The notes below the pieces were generated by a model that was given only the letters and a program-made list of their open reading frames with translations, had not been told where the DNA came from and did no database searches. DNA of 64,000 nucleotides from IMG/VR virus record IMGVR_UViG_3300025012_000026, positions 163,248 through 227,247 of that record. One strand, given 5' to 3'. The stretch's first letter is position 1. Each line of letters opens with the position of its first letter. Positions 29,475 to 42,487 of the stretch are shown here, piece by piece. A program made the position numbers and the translations under genes.

Positions 29475-32400
29475 CTATCCACAATTAATAAATTCATTCA
29501 CATGATGATCCACAAGATCACCATTATACAAAATACTATAAACATTACCATTCTTGTCGAATTCACAATCACAAGATAAACAAAATCGAGTAGTTTTACT
29601 GACTTCATTAGTCTTCTTACTATTACAATTGGGACAATTATGTATTTCTTCCGGCGCATCAGATTTAATTTTCTTAGGAGTATCCTGCTTACAAATGATT
29701 TTATATATTGTCGATAATGCTTGTCTATGCACAAAACTTTTAATTCCTTCTCCTGATGACATTCAATTTCCTCCTAATATTTTATTTCTTGATTATAGTA
29801 TAACATAATATGGATTAGAAAGCAAATGGAAAATTATTTAAAATTCACACAATCTAAACATGATTGGCCGTACTCTATCGATGAGCATTTTTTATAATCC
29901 ATACCAATAGTACATCTTTTCTCCATAAATCTTCGTTTAATTGAATCTGCTGCATCATAAAAACCAAATTTATTAGCAATATAATGTAAATCCTGCATCT
30001 GATCAATCAAAGAATCTTGTCTTTGTGGACATTGTTCTACTTTTTTAAGTTGTTCCTTCCAATTAGACATAATTATTCCTCCTATTTATAGTTTAAATGA
30101 GTATATCAATCAATTATCCTAATCACAACACGTTTAAATTCAGCGCACCCTTCGCATATATCCAAATTATCAGATAGAATAATTTGACTATCTTCATAAT
30201 CATTGAATAATAATTCCTTGAAGCAATCAATACAAAATTCAGCCATATAATTATTCCCTCTCTTCTTTATAAAATCTACCAACATAATAATATTTACTTT
30301 CATCCTCTACATCATCTTTAAACCATAAATTGCCTATAAACTCCTTAACCTGACCACCACAAGCCCAACCATCTTGTTCCATTTCTTTGATATGATTTAA
30401 TCTTTCTTCGGCATTATCATAATGAAATGTTTTTGAGTGAGAATATTTAAGTAGTTTCATTTAATTAATTCCTCCTTCGTTAAACATATTAAATACTTTG
30501 ACAAAACATATCAATGTCTGACTTCTTGCCTTTTAATGTAATTCTATATTCCACACTATTACATGGAAATCTAAATAGTGTAGCTACATAATCAATTTTG
30601 CAGTTTAGATTCAAGTCTTTTGCTAAAGAATTCGTGCTGTCTCTAAAACTAAAATCTCTAAACCCACCAACTATTTTATTGATAACTTTAGTTATTGTTG
30701 AATTAGTGTTTTCTAATTCTTGCTTTCCACAAATATAAGCATATTTAAAAATCATTTGCTCTCGTTCGGTTAAATCTATATTGGTTTTTTGTTCCAGTTC
30801 TTTAATATATTTATCCATAATTACCTCCTAACTTCCCATCTAATCAAAGTTTCACTCGCTTACAATTGATTTACACTTAGGACATCTATATAGGTAGATG
30901 AGTTGCTTAGAATATCTCCCATCATTATACACTCCACTATAGACATTAACTTCTTTATTATCTTCTGTAACAAATGATAATTGTAAAAATGGCATCTTTA
31001 ATTCATACATATTGTGTGAATAACCACACGCTTCACAAAGCATATATTATCATCCCTTCCATTCAATTCTTAGATTTATTCTGCTTCAATAATTATTTGA
31101 TCACCATTTTCTAACCCCGTAAAACATATCATTTATTTTAACTTTTAGATTGCTATCAGGAAAATTATGATTCCTTAAATATTTTTCAAGTTCAATTTCT
31201 TTCATTATCCTCGCTCCTTTTACCCTTTTATATCCTCGTTTTAATGTATCACTTTTCACCAGACTCCCACGTATCCTCTTCGCCATTTTCATGAACTGTA
31301 ACGCTAGATTCACACATAATACACTCATAATGATGAACTTCACTGTGCCCAATACCCTCTGATGAATCAAATTCCATTTTCTCTTGACAAAATTTACAAT
31401 GCATAATAATTCTCCTTTCAATTCCTTGTTTATACAAACAGATTTTCCACTTTACAATAAAAATTATCATCTTTATATAATACATCACCAACCAATTCCA
31501 AACTGGTACTGAATCCACCCATTAAAAATATGTCACATTTATCACCTTCTATTTTTATGCTTTTGACTACTGCCTTAATCCCTCGTTTTAATATAAATCT
31601 ATCAACAATTTCTTTAAAATCCATTTAATTTCTCACTCCTTTAAATATAATATTATACAAACTGTTACTTCTGTATAATATAACTATTTATTCATATATT
31701 TCTAAAGTTGGCAACTCGAATGAATCGCTATACTTTTTAGCTCCATCAAACCAAATACATATTGCTTTAGTTGCACCACTGTATACCCCTATACTTTCTA
31801 TAGTCATTGCAGGACTTCCGCTTTTTAATAGAACAACATCTCCACTTTTAAAATCGATTTTAATATCCCCTTCTCACTTTACTCACTAAATATACAGAAG
31901 CAACAGTATGTATATAATATAACATATTGTACCAATTATATAAAGTATATCCCTCGAAACTAGACATTCATGCTATTGGACTTTCTTCATCCATCCACTT
32001 AATAAACTCATGTATTTTTCGATACATTATTTGAAAATTTTCTTCTTCTTGCTTACCATCTCTTGAACTCATATAATATTCAAGAATTGATAATAACTCT
32101 CCTTTTGTCTTGCACCAAGTAGACCTTCTCATAAACATTAAATCGTCTTTATCCATTTATAAACCTCCTTTTAAATCACTTTTCAACGTGTTTCTAATTC
32201 ATTCTTAAAAATATTTAAATATGGTTTGTATTGGTCATAATCAACAACATATCTTGGAGGTGGTTCTGGAACTGTATCATAACGCTCCATGACATCTAAA
32301 AATTTACTGCGCTTGATCATTTTAATACAATTCTTAATATGATCTGTAGTCATTTCAGATATCTTTAAGTGCTTATTGTCTAAAGTTATCCAAACAGAAT

Positions 32401-33240
32401 AATCCATTTTAGATACTTCATTGACTATATGCAACGATGGAATATTATAAATCTTCTTACTAAAATCTTTCAATTCAATAGGCAATTGACCTCTATAGCT
32501 TCTCTCACATTCTCTAATACACCATTTATTTAACCTTTCTTCTTTTATTTCTGGTTTTCCACTCATTTCAAATCCCTCATAAGTTCCAGGATCAATAGGA
32601 GCTTCATTTAATTCATCATCTGACAAGTAAGCATAATCATCTTCATTATTATCATCGAATTGAATTTTTGGCCTATTATTTATACCCCATGCTTTATTAC
32701 ATTTCTCATCACAAGCTACAATAATTTGTTGACCAAAATAAGTAATATTTCTTTGAATCAAAACAATTTCCTCCTTCCATCATCTTTAAGGCAATTTCAT
32801 TTCGATTTTAACTAACCATACCAAATTAAATGCTAATAATCCAACTATTAAACCTAAAGCAAAATACAACATGGTTTATTTCCTCCCTTCAAACCACACA
32901 TTTATAGGATGATAATCTACATTTCGATATAATATCTTTTAATTTCATCATCCCATTGTATTTTAGGTGAAAATATAGTATCGTCTGCTTTCACAGGAAA
33001 TTCATAAACATAAACTGCATTTTCTTCTTTAGAATATGCAGTTGCAATAATTCCTTCAATGTTCCAAGACCTTCTAATATCATTACACATTGCCTTATAG
33101 TATTCTTTCCAATCATTTAATAATTGCTCATCATTGGGATATTCTAATGACATATTACGCATATATTTTGATATTTGAACTCTTGGGATTAATCTTTCAT
33201 CTTGACATTTATAGCGATTGCAATGATAATTCTTTTCCAT
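29475..33240 (-). other. Cluster of ~12 small hypothetical ORFs, several with CxxC motifs
   Basis: Co-oriented ORFs with RBSs (e.g. 29475-29762, 29834-30070, 30251-30460, 30489-30818, 32183-32761, 32917-33240). Confidence 0.55.
31688..31858 (-). CDS. YodC/DUF2158-like small protein; expected start codon reads ATC
   Basis: Manual translation (I)DFKSGDVVLLKSGSPAMTIES..AICIWFDG..FELPTLEIYE*; RBS GAAGGGG 8 nt upstream of ATC. Confidence 0.65.
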   Translation of the reverse strand: MDFKSGDVVLLKSGSPAMTIESIGVYSGATKAICIWFDGAKKYSDSFELPTLEIYE

Positions 33241-33273
33241 AATATTTCCTCCTTTTTAATTATAACTTTTTAA

Positions 33274-34155
33274 TCACTCACATATCACTCTCCTATAATC
33301 CTCAACAAACTTCTCTACAGCCAAATCCTTATCTTTTGCCTCAATCATTACATCAAATTCTAATCCCTTATACTTCTCAAAAAACTCTCTACAATATTCA
33401 TAATCAATCATGTCAGAATGACTTCTAAACGCTTCAATACTCTTTGGTGAACTAAGATGAATCTTAGGTACTCTACCATCCTTCCAAGTAGCAAATATGG
33501 CTTCTAAATCTAATTCTGTACCATCATTATTGCAGTACATATGATGTATATCTAACACAGCTCTGACTCCAGTTTCTCGATGTATTCTCATTACATCACT
33601 TACAGTATAACTTTTGTCATCATTCTCTAGCAAGATATGATTTCTCAATTCCAAAGGCAAACTATTGAAAACATTAATAAATCTCTTCATTGCTTCACTT
33701 TTATTCCCATAAACTCCACCAGCATGAATTATAATATTAAAATCATCAAGGCCCATAGCATTAAGAATATCATAATGATAAATTAAATCTTTGATAGAAT
33801 TATTTACAACTTCATCTTTATTGCTTGATAATACACACATTTGAGAAGGATGCATTGACAATATCATATTATTATTTTTTGCTATATCACCAATCCTTTT
33901 TAAATCAGATTGCATCCAAGACATATAATCAATATCTTTCATAATTTCATGAGTAACAAATGTAACTAAATCAGAACTGATTCTGAATAATTTAATTCCT
34001 TCAGAAATGCAATGTTGGATTGTACGCTCAGTTTCTTTTAGATTATGAGCAATTGTTTGTTTTAATCTGTATTCACTAAATGATGCTAATCTAAATATTT
34101 GATATTTTGTATTGCATTTTTTACTCATACAAGCGAATCCTACATGTCTGATCAT
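33274..34155 (-). CDS. uvsE: UV damage endonuclease
   Basis: GFACM, LFRISSD, LSMHP, IIIHAGG, LENDD, LDIHH, KIHLSS, DVMIEAKDKD. Confidence 0.95.
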   Translation of the reverse strand: MIRHVGFACMSKKCNTKYQIFRLASFSEYRLKQTIAHNLKETERTIQHCISEGIKLFRISSDLVTFVTHEIMKDIDYMSWMQSDLKRIGDIAKNNNMILSMHPSQMCVLSSNKDEVVNNSIKDLIYHYDILNAMGLDDFNIIIHAGGVYGNKSEAMKRFINVFNSLPLELRNHILLENDDKSYTVSDVMRIHRETGVRAVLDIHHMYCNNDGTELDLEAIFATWKDGRVPKIHLSSPKSIEAFRSHSDMIDYEYCREFFEKYKGLEFDVMIEAKDKDLAVEKFVEDYRRVICE

Positions 34156-34255
34156 TTTATGTAATTCCTCCCTTTGGATATAACCTAATATAATTATATT
34201 AACATGATATAGATATGATTGAAATAATTATATTAGGTTTTTATGAGCATATTTT

Positions 34256-36727
34256 TTACACCAAGTCTTTTGCTTTTTTTACTGCTACATACAAATCAGT
34301 GGCGTAATCACTTTTCATTTCTTCAAAACCCCAAATATTCTCATCTAACATCTCTCTTGCCAATGTTAAACATTTACTTAATTGAAACCTTAATTCATCT
34401 CGTTTTTCATCATATGTTGTAACAACACTCATTTTTAATAACCTCTCTTTCATCAATTAAATGAATAATTTCATCGACTATTTAAATTTTCTAGCATTTT
34501 GTTAAAAGTATATTTACGTCTTTCCATTTCATTTCTTGCACAAATCTTTAAATGTTCAATCATTTTTTGTTCATTTTCAGGAGAATCATCTGTATCCCAC
34601 AACTTTCTTTCGAAACCACCAACACTTTCACTGAATCTACCCTTTTGAACAATTCCTATTTTGTCTTTTGGTATATTAACAAAACAATCAAAAACCAGTT
34701 CGCTATTACTATTAAGTTTAATAACTTTATCAGTTTCTTTAATAATTGGTAATCTCGCCACTTCTATTTCTAATTTTTGATCTGTTAATTTTAAAGATAC
34801 ACCTATTAAGTTCATATTATTTTCCTCCCATAAGTCTTAATCTTTATCGGACAATGTTTTACCATAACATATTTGCTTTTCAACTACATCTTCCCATGTT
34901 GTAAAAGGTAAATTAACCCCATGCTCCTTAAGAAGTTTGCAAAAAAGATAATCACATTTTGCAGGATATAATCTCTTATTCGGCACAAAATCCTTATTCT
35001 CATTTATAGGAACAATGTTAAGTTTAATCTCATCTTCTCTAGCATTATAAACAACTGTATAGATTTTACCATCTTCTAAATATACATGCCAAGTATCTCT
35101 ATCGCACGTATAACCGTATAATAGGGTTCTATCTGACTTATCCTTCAAATCTTCTGCTGATAGGACAGGTTTTGGGATTTCCTCAATGCTTCGAAGATAA
35201 AGGTAAGCTGTTTTATTCATTTACAATCATTCCTTCCATAGTCTTTAAAATACGTCGTTCGAGGTAATTTATGGTTTTAGAATTTTAACTTTTCTAACTT
35301 ATTGAGTTGTTTTTTAACAGATTCAATCTTTCTTAATTTCATTTCTTCTGCTCTCACAATTGCAGATTCTTTAGTTAGGTGCCATTCTTTGCCCTCTCCA
35401 TGAAAGTAACTAGTAAAACCATTTTTTCTAATTTCAACCATGTCGGATTCATCTTTATCACGAATGCTATTAACACAGCGTTTTACTTCTAATTCATAAA
35501 TCCCTTTAGTTAAAGCGTATTTACTAATCCAAACCTTAAAATTTGCACTCAAATTCCACCTCTCAATTTTTTCTTCTCTCAAATTTCTTCTTATCCATAT
35601 CATACCATACAACCACCCATACGTCAATACTTTATAAAAATTTTATTTCTTACTTCATAAATCCATTAGAAACAGTTCGCTTACCATAACCCTTAATCAC
35701 ATATCCATTATCTTCACAAAACTTCTCTGCTTCTTGATAAGTTTGAAAATCGTCTAACCATTCATCGGTTTCACAAATAATTACTGCCCAGACATATTCT
35801 GATTTTTTAATTTCATTTGTGTGAATAATTTCTACTTGCATTTAATCATCCCTTCCAGTTTCCTTTACGCTAATTGTTTCAATACTTACATTTCTAATAA
35901 TAAAATTCTTAACTACAATATCTTTCCCATCGTTCCAATCTAAAAATAATTGGATAATTTCTTCTACAGTCATATTATGTTGCACTATCGTTCCGTGTAT
36001 AAAATCTTTTGCAAAAACTGAAAACATCATTTAATTTATTCTCCTTTTCTATTTCATAATCCCTAAAATAATATTATTAATCACTTCAGTTTTGTTCTCA
36101 TTTCCTCTAATACAAATATCTAAACCTTTTGCAATTTTAATAACTTCTTTAATTTTTAGTGGTTTTAAAATTTGTTTTACTTCATTAGAATTAGTTGAAA
36201 TTTTAATCGTATTAATAATGTCTTGCATGATTTTCACCTCTCATGCTAATTATACATGCAATTGTTTGGTTTTTCTAGTATTAAATTCCAGATAAATGCA
36301 ATGAAATGATTTATTATTCTTTAGTCAAAATACCAATCAATTGCTCATATTGTTCTTGAAAGTATCCATCCAACTTCCCTTTGTATCCTGAATATCCTCT
36401 TAGATATCCAAATCTTTCATATACTGATAAATCAAGATTAGGTAGCATCATTCTAATCCATTGATCAATATATTTTTTATCTTTACCTTTAAAATCCATT
36501 AACAATACCTCCTTTTCTAATTATCTTTCTATTTTTAAGTATAAAGCAGGGCATTCTTGTGGGTTATTATTAAACAAATCTTTTAGAGGATGACAAGTCC
36601 AACCCTTTAAATTACAGTCCTTATATTTATCACACGCCACACAACATCTTCGTATTTCATTTTGTCCACAATCATTATACCCATTGCCACCACATTTTAA
36701 TGTAAACTTTGTGTAATCAATAATCAT
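34256..36727 (-). other. Cluster of small hypothetical ORFs
   Basis: Nine co-oriented ORFs in the track. Confidence 0.55.
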
Positions 36728-36745
36728 CTTATCTCACAATCCTTT

Positions 36746-37468
36746 CTAACAAGCCACATCGCCACAATACATTTCTGCTAAATCAAATATTTTCTTCTCT
36801 GTCCTACTTACAATCTTCTGACTCAAATTCAATACTTCACCAACTTCTCTTTGATTAAATCCATACTTAAATCTTAACTTATAAACTTCTAACATTTGAT
36901 CTGATAATAAACTTAAAAAATCATTCAATATTATTTCATTTTCTAATTCTCTTCCGGTGTCCCCTTGAATTAAATCTGCTAAAATATTACTTGATTCATT
37001 TTCATCCAATCCTCTATCCAAACTATCAATTAATGAACATTGATTCAATACCTGTATTCCTGATTTAATTAACTTTAAGGAAATATTTAATTTCTGTGAT
37101 ATTTCTTTCGGATTATCTTCTTCGAGATAACCTGCTTTCCTAATTTTTGCAACAGTTTCTTTAACTGAATTAGGAATTGATATAAAATCATAATTAGCAC
37201 GAATATTATTGCTTATTTCTCCCCAAATCATAGGAACAGCATATGTACTAAATTTTATTTCACTTCCATTCTCTCCTTTGAATTTAGTAGGATTGAATTT
37301 TTCATATGCTTTAATTAGTCCTATGTATCCAATGCTTAGAATATCATCTTTTTCTAATCCTTGTTTATATAGCTTATGATAAAATTTTAATGCAACAGAA
37401 TTGGCAAGTTTCATATTGTTTCTGATGAATGTATCTGGATCTTCTTTGATGTGTGGATTAGTTTTCAT
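36746..37468 (-). CDS. Phage RNA polymerase sigma factor, SigF/SigG/SigB-like
   Basis: NMKLANSVA, DDILSIGYIGLIKAYEKFNP, KFSTYAVPMIWGEI, QREVGEVLNLSQKIVSR. Confidence 0.9.
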   Translation of the reverse strand: MKTNPHIKEDPDTFIRNNMKLANSVALKFYHKLYKQGLEKDDILSIGYIGLIKAYEKFNPTKFKGENGSEIKFSTYAVPMIWGEISNNIRANYDFISIPNSVKETVAKIRKAGYLEEDNPKEISQKLNISLKLIKSGIQVLNQCSLIDSLDRGLDENESSNILADLIQGDTGRELENEIILNDFLSLLSDQMLEVYKLRFKYGFNQREVGEVLNLSQKIVSRTEKKIFDLAEMYCGDVAC

Positions 37469-37514
37469 TTTTGAGTCTCCTTTTATGATTAAAATGGTTG
37501 ATTTATATCTTCAT

Positions 37515-37769
37515 TTAAAACTTAAATTGGTTTTTATATCTTGCTCCAACGATGGTATTATAGATATGATCTCTCATAATTTCAAATTGTTTTTCATTAC
37601 TAGTCTCTCTTAATTTTTTAATAGCTTCACCCAAGTCAATCATCACTTCATTGAAAGGTCTATAAGTCCCATCTGGTTCGCACATTTGAAAACCTAGATT
37701 TTTCAATACTTTCTCCACACCATTTGTCTCTGTTTTCCTTAAATCATTTTCCAATTTAATTTCCTCCAT
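37515..37769 (-). CDS. Small protein resembling a tail tape-measure repeat fragment
   Basis: KVLKNLG..DGTYRPFNEVMIDLG..IVGARYKNQF. Confidence 0.5.
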   Translation of the reverse strand: MEEIKLENDLRKTETNGVEKVLKNLGFQMCEPDGTYRPFNEVMIDLGEAIKKLRETSNEKQFEIMRDHIYNTIVGARYKNQFKF

Positions 37770-38207
37770 TTATCTTATATTATAAACTAATTTTTCTTTG
37801 CAATTTGAACAACATGTACCAAATGCAATATTCTCTACATTTATTTCTTTAGAATCACAATAGCGGTCAAAGTCTGCACAAGCATACCATTGTTCAGTAT
37901 TCTCACATTTTTCCTCTTCACAAGAATGACAAATTAATTTCTCACAAATGTTCATTTACGTTTTCTCCTCCTAACTATAAAATCGCCATTTTATTCTTCC
38001 TTATATTGAATATTACATACCTTTGCTCTCTAAATATCTTATTACATCTTCAAGAGAAGAAATAAAACCATTATCAATTAATTCAACTATTTGTTTTTTA
38101 ATATCTTTTTTACAGTCTTGGATTCCGTCTAAGTATCCTTTTTTGTATTCAAAAGAGTTCTCTTCACTCATTAATTTCCTCCTTCTGGTGATGAAATCAC
38201 CGTTTTA

Positions 38208-38591
38208 TCACCTATTCCAAAAATCCATTTGATTCCTAAAAATGTCCTCAATCATTTTAATTTGAGAAGGAGAAAATGTTAACATGTTATCCAGCAACCA
38301 ATCAGTTTGCCCTCTGGTTAATTGATGTTCTGACCAAAGGAAAAATACATAACCTTTATCTGGATAGGAATCATACTCCTTGTAAAATTCTGCTTGAGTA
38401 AACTTAACCCAACCTAACTTTTCAAGTAAATGCTCACCATGAAATAGTTTAAAGTTCTCACGATCATATATCTTCAACCCTAATTTATTCTCCAATTCAT
38501 CTGCTAAACTAATATGTTCATATTCACCACAGATATGAAATTCCCCATTTAAATCTAACCAACCACACACAAAGTTATGCAAATTAATCAT
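38208..38591 (-). CDS. Hypothetical protein, paralog of 62110-62442
   Basis: GWLDLNGEF..H..LLEKLGWVK..LT..Q..WL. Confidence 0.6.
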   Translation of the reverse strand: MINLHNFVCGWLDLNGEFHICGEYEHISLADELENKLGLKIYDRENFKLFHGEHLLEKLGWVKFTQAEFYKEYDSYPDKGYVFFLWSEHQLTRGQTDWLLDNMLTFSPSQIKMIEDIFRNQMDFWNR

Positions 38592-38614
38592 CCTTTCTAG
38601 AAATGAAATGCGTT

Positions 38615-41400
38615 CTATTTCTTTCCAAACAGATTGTCAAGTTCATCTTCATACTCTTTATAATAGATAAACCTTGTAAAATCTATTTGCATACTTCCAT
38701 CATGGTCAAGAGTCATAACTTGTTTAGTAAACCATGCAATTAAATCACTTATATCTCCTGATTGACGAACACCTTTTTCATCAGTAAAATGATAATGTTT
38801 ATATTCATCTATACAAAGCAAACTCAATTTTCCTATTTCCAACAATGGTTTTTCTAGCTGTTCTTTAACTGCAACTTTCAATATTGAACCTCCTTCATAC
38901 GTTCACATGCTCATTAATGCCCCGTTTTTCAAATCCTAAAAGAAGATAAAATGCGTGTTTTCTGGGATAATTATTAAGCGTTATAAAAACCAAGTTTCCT
39001 TAAATATTCCATTGTACAAGGTTCTGGCACTTTATCAAATATATTTTCTTTCCATTCAATATACTTGAGCCTATTTTCTTCGGAAGTTCCTTTAAAATCC
39101 ATTTCTAAACCAAGGTCATCATTACCCCATACTGCAATACGAACAAAATTAAATTTATCTTCTTTGTATTTATTTCGCAATAGAAATATTCTAACTTTAT
39201 CTCCTTCATAGTTAGGACACCAATCATCAGTTGTAGCAATAAATTTTTCTACCTTATCAACAAAATCTTCTTTGCATTTTCTACTTTTCTTTGGTTTTTT
39301 GATTTTCTTCATTATTTTATTCCTTTCTTCTAACCCTATCAAAGATGTCTTTCATCTATCTATGCATAAATATCCATTCAAACATTATTAGTGTCAAAGA
39401 TGATATAAACATTAATGAACTCAAATATAAAAATTTGTTACTTTTTAAATCCGTGATATTTATCATGAAAAAATAGATTCCTAAAAGAAAAACTATAAGT
39501 ATTAATCCATAAATCATAAAGATAATTCCTTTCTTAAATACTATGAACGTGGGATTTTAATGCCCTTGACCAACCATTATTCCAACGACTCTTTCACATT
39601 CTTCTAATAAACAACTTTTCTTCCTTACTTAATCCCACTCATTATCTTACTTACCTTCTTATCATAAAATACAGCCATTTGTTCTCTTAACTTTTCTTTA
39701 AATTCTGCCTTAATTTCCTTAATAACTTCTGAAAATGCATCATTAATCTTTTCTTCAATTTCATTAGGATCAAATAGATATACTCCCATATCCTCTAATT
39801 CTGTTTTAAAATGTTCCTTGATAATTTCAATAAAAGCATTTTTCATTTCTTCTTTGTCTTGAGCGTCAAATATCTTCATAATGTTTTCCATTTAATAATT
39901 CCTTCTTTCTGCTTATTACATGCTTAATTCCATCTCAGATATTAATCTATTGGTCTGAGTTAAGGTTTCACTAATTAACGCCTTACAGCTACCTTCTGGA
40001 CTGTCTGGTAACACTTCAGTGAGATATTTAATGTATGCTTCTAATGCGTTATAGATTATGTTCTTCTCTTGTTTGGAAACTTCTAGGGTGGTTGTAATTT
40101 TCATTTATTTAATCTCCTTTTATTTTATTCAATAATTCCTAATTGTTTAAGAGCTTCCTCATATCCCCATAGTTTACCACACATCATATCTTTTTGTCTT
40201 TTGATGCTATCACTATCATAGCGGTCAATATGAACATCTACACCTTTTAATTCATTATATTTGGTTAATGTTTGATTGATTTTTACATCATCAATTTTCA
40301 TTTTAATCTTCTCCTTCTACCACGAATCTTGCTTTTAAGTCAAATCCATATTATATAAATCATTATGCATCTTTAACATTATCTCATATAAATAATTACG
40401 ATGTTCTGGTGGAGTACAAATGTCTAAGATTTTTAATAAATGTTCATATTCATCTACTGTGAATTTAATTGTTTTCTCATTATTTTCTGTTTTAGATATT
40501 AATTGCATTATTTTTCTCTCCTTTCCAGTAAATTATATAATACCTACCTTTTATTCTTCCATTTCTTCTCATAAACCTTCTTAGTCATTTTCTTATCAGC
40601 AAAATCTAATATATTCTCTGCTGACATATCCTCAAAATTAAGTATATCAAAAATCATATAAGGTTGACCATATTTAAATCCAACTGCTACAGAATGTCTT
40701 CTGCCAGACACAATATACCAATCGAGTTTAGGATATATTTTCATTCCTAATTCAATACAAAAGTAACAAATCCAATGGCAACAGTGTCTACATTGATACC
40801 AACCTACTGAATGTTTCAATGGTTTTCGATGATAACACCAATAATCAGAAGATGTTTTATGGTATGGAGGACTACCTGGAATCCATGAGTACCAATCTTT
40901 CATATATTCATTCATTGATTCTAATTTTTCATTAGTGATTTTATTTTCGTATCTCCATAATTCCATCATTAAATTCATGCCATAATCTAAAGCATATTGA
41001 ACATCTTTATGAAATAAATATGGTTTTACTTTCTTAGACCAGTGTTTACGAAAATTAAATACTTTAGGTTGAATTAGTTTTATATTTTCAGTTTGCGGTT
41101 TTAGTTGTGTTTGAGTTTGCATTATGTAAATCCTTTCTTAATTATTATATCATGCTCACTTAACATTTAAACATCCTCCATATAATTTAGTTCGTCCCAA
41201 TATTTTTTAACCCAAATATCACAAGTAACATATAATTCATCATTTCTATAATAAATATTAGAAGGGAAAATTAAATCTTCTTTATCTTTGCATCCCAAAT
41301 CTTTCAATCTTTTTTCACATATAAGTAAAATCTCTTCAATTCTTTCTGATAATTCTTTTATTTTGCAGTCAATTCCTACAATAAAACCTTCTGATGTCAT
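38615..41400 (-). other. Cluster of small hypothetical ORFs including 38974-39342 and 40544-41122
   Basis: ORF track and RBSs. Confidence 0.55.
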
Positions 41401-41438
41401 AAAATTATTCCTCCTTTATGTATGAAGTAAATTAAGTT

Positions 41439-42014
41439 TTATCTCTTTTTATTTCCCCAATCAAAACCAAAATCAGAACGCTTTATTTTACACATATCAC
41501 CATTATCTCTATGAAAAACAATACCCTCAATCATATTCTCACTAAGATATTCTTTAATGCCTTCGAATGATCTTTCAACATCTAGAATGGTTTCACCATG
41601 TTTAATCAAAATATCGCCATCTATGACCATAGTATCAATATTTTTCTGAAAATGAACTCCGCATAATTCATAAGTTCCATCTGCCAAACAATTACTATTT
41701 TCAAATGCTTTTATATGCCATTTGTCATTAGGATTGTTAGAATCACACAAAACCCAATGAGGAAAATGTCCAGTAATAGGATCTGCTTCATCTTGACATG
41801 GAATTGCGTTATTAGGTAACTTTCTACCTAGTTTAAAATCAAATCTCTTATAAATAGAACCATCTTGAATCAAACAACATGTTCCATCATATTTCCTAGT
41901 AGCAAATCCTTCTCCTTCAAGCACCCACTCACACCCAATTGTAATTTCAGAAGTAATATTAGCAATAGCATGGCCGTTAAAAGTTCGTACAAACAAAGAT
42001 GGCATCTTTTTCAT
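41439..42014 (-). CDS. RNA ligase-like nucleotidyltransferase (DUF5565-like)
   Basis: ATRKYDGTCC (KxDG), YELCG, EGIVFH, MCKIKRSDF. Confidence 0.8.
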   Translation of the reverse strand: MKKMPSLFVRTFNGHAIANITSEITIGCEWVLEGEGFATRKYDGTCCLIQDGSIYKRFDFKLGRKLPNNAIPCQDEADPITGHFPHWVLCDSNNPNDKWHIKAFENSNCLADGTYELCGVHFQKNIDTMVIDGDILIKHGETILDVERSFEGIKEYLSENMIEGIVFHRDNGDMCKIKRSDFGFDWGNKKR

Positions 42015-42066
42015 AATTAAATCCTCCTCAAATTATATTTATTTTCACCACATGAATTCAACATTT

Positions 42067-42486
42067 TCATGGACTACACTTTTCTCTTTTTGCAAGTTCG
42101 ACTCCCAATGTATTTAATTTCATAATAAGTTTTTCTCTATATTCTTTTAACTCCTCTTCATCATCTGCATAGTCCCAATTTAACCAATCATTAAGATTGT
42201 TGTTGATGTCTTCATATAATTCTTTTGCAAGTTCAAATAAATATTTTTTAATTTCAAATACTTTTACATCATCTTTGTCTAGAATTACGTAACTTTGATA
42301 CCATGATGCAACTAAATGAAAATCTCAACCTTCCGCATCAAAGAAAATTACAGTAGGCGAATTATTTTGTAAAGCATAGATAAAAGCATCTAAACAATCA
42401 TTTGGAATATCAGTCATATAACTTGCTCTTTCTGAGAATCCTTCTAACTGTACATTGACCCATCCATGTTCAGGTTTTGCTAACAT
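42067..42486 (-). pseudogene. Gene interrupted by an in-frame TGA at 42325-42327
   Basis: MLAKPEHGW..FDAEG* then the frame stays open for 85 more codons (DFHLVASWYQSY..AKELYEDINNNLNDWLNW..CSP*). Confidence 0.65.
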
Positions 42487-42487
42487 G

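Noticed and set aside
42325-42327. Genome-wide TGA recoding
   Set aside because: Many intact genes (uvsE, Pth2, HTH-mazF) end at TGA at the expected length; only one such case was seen
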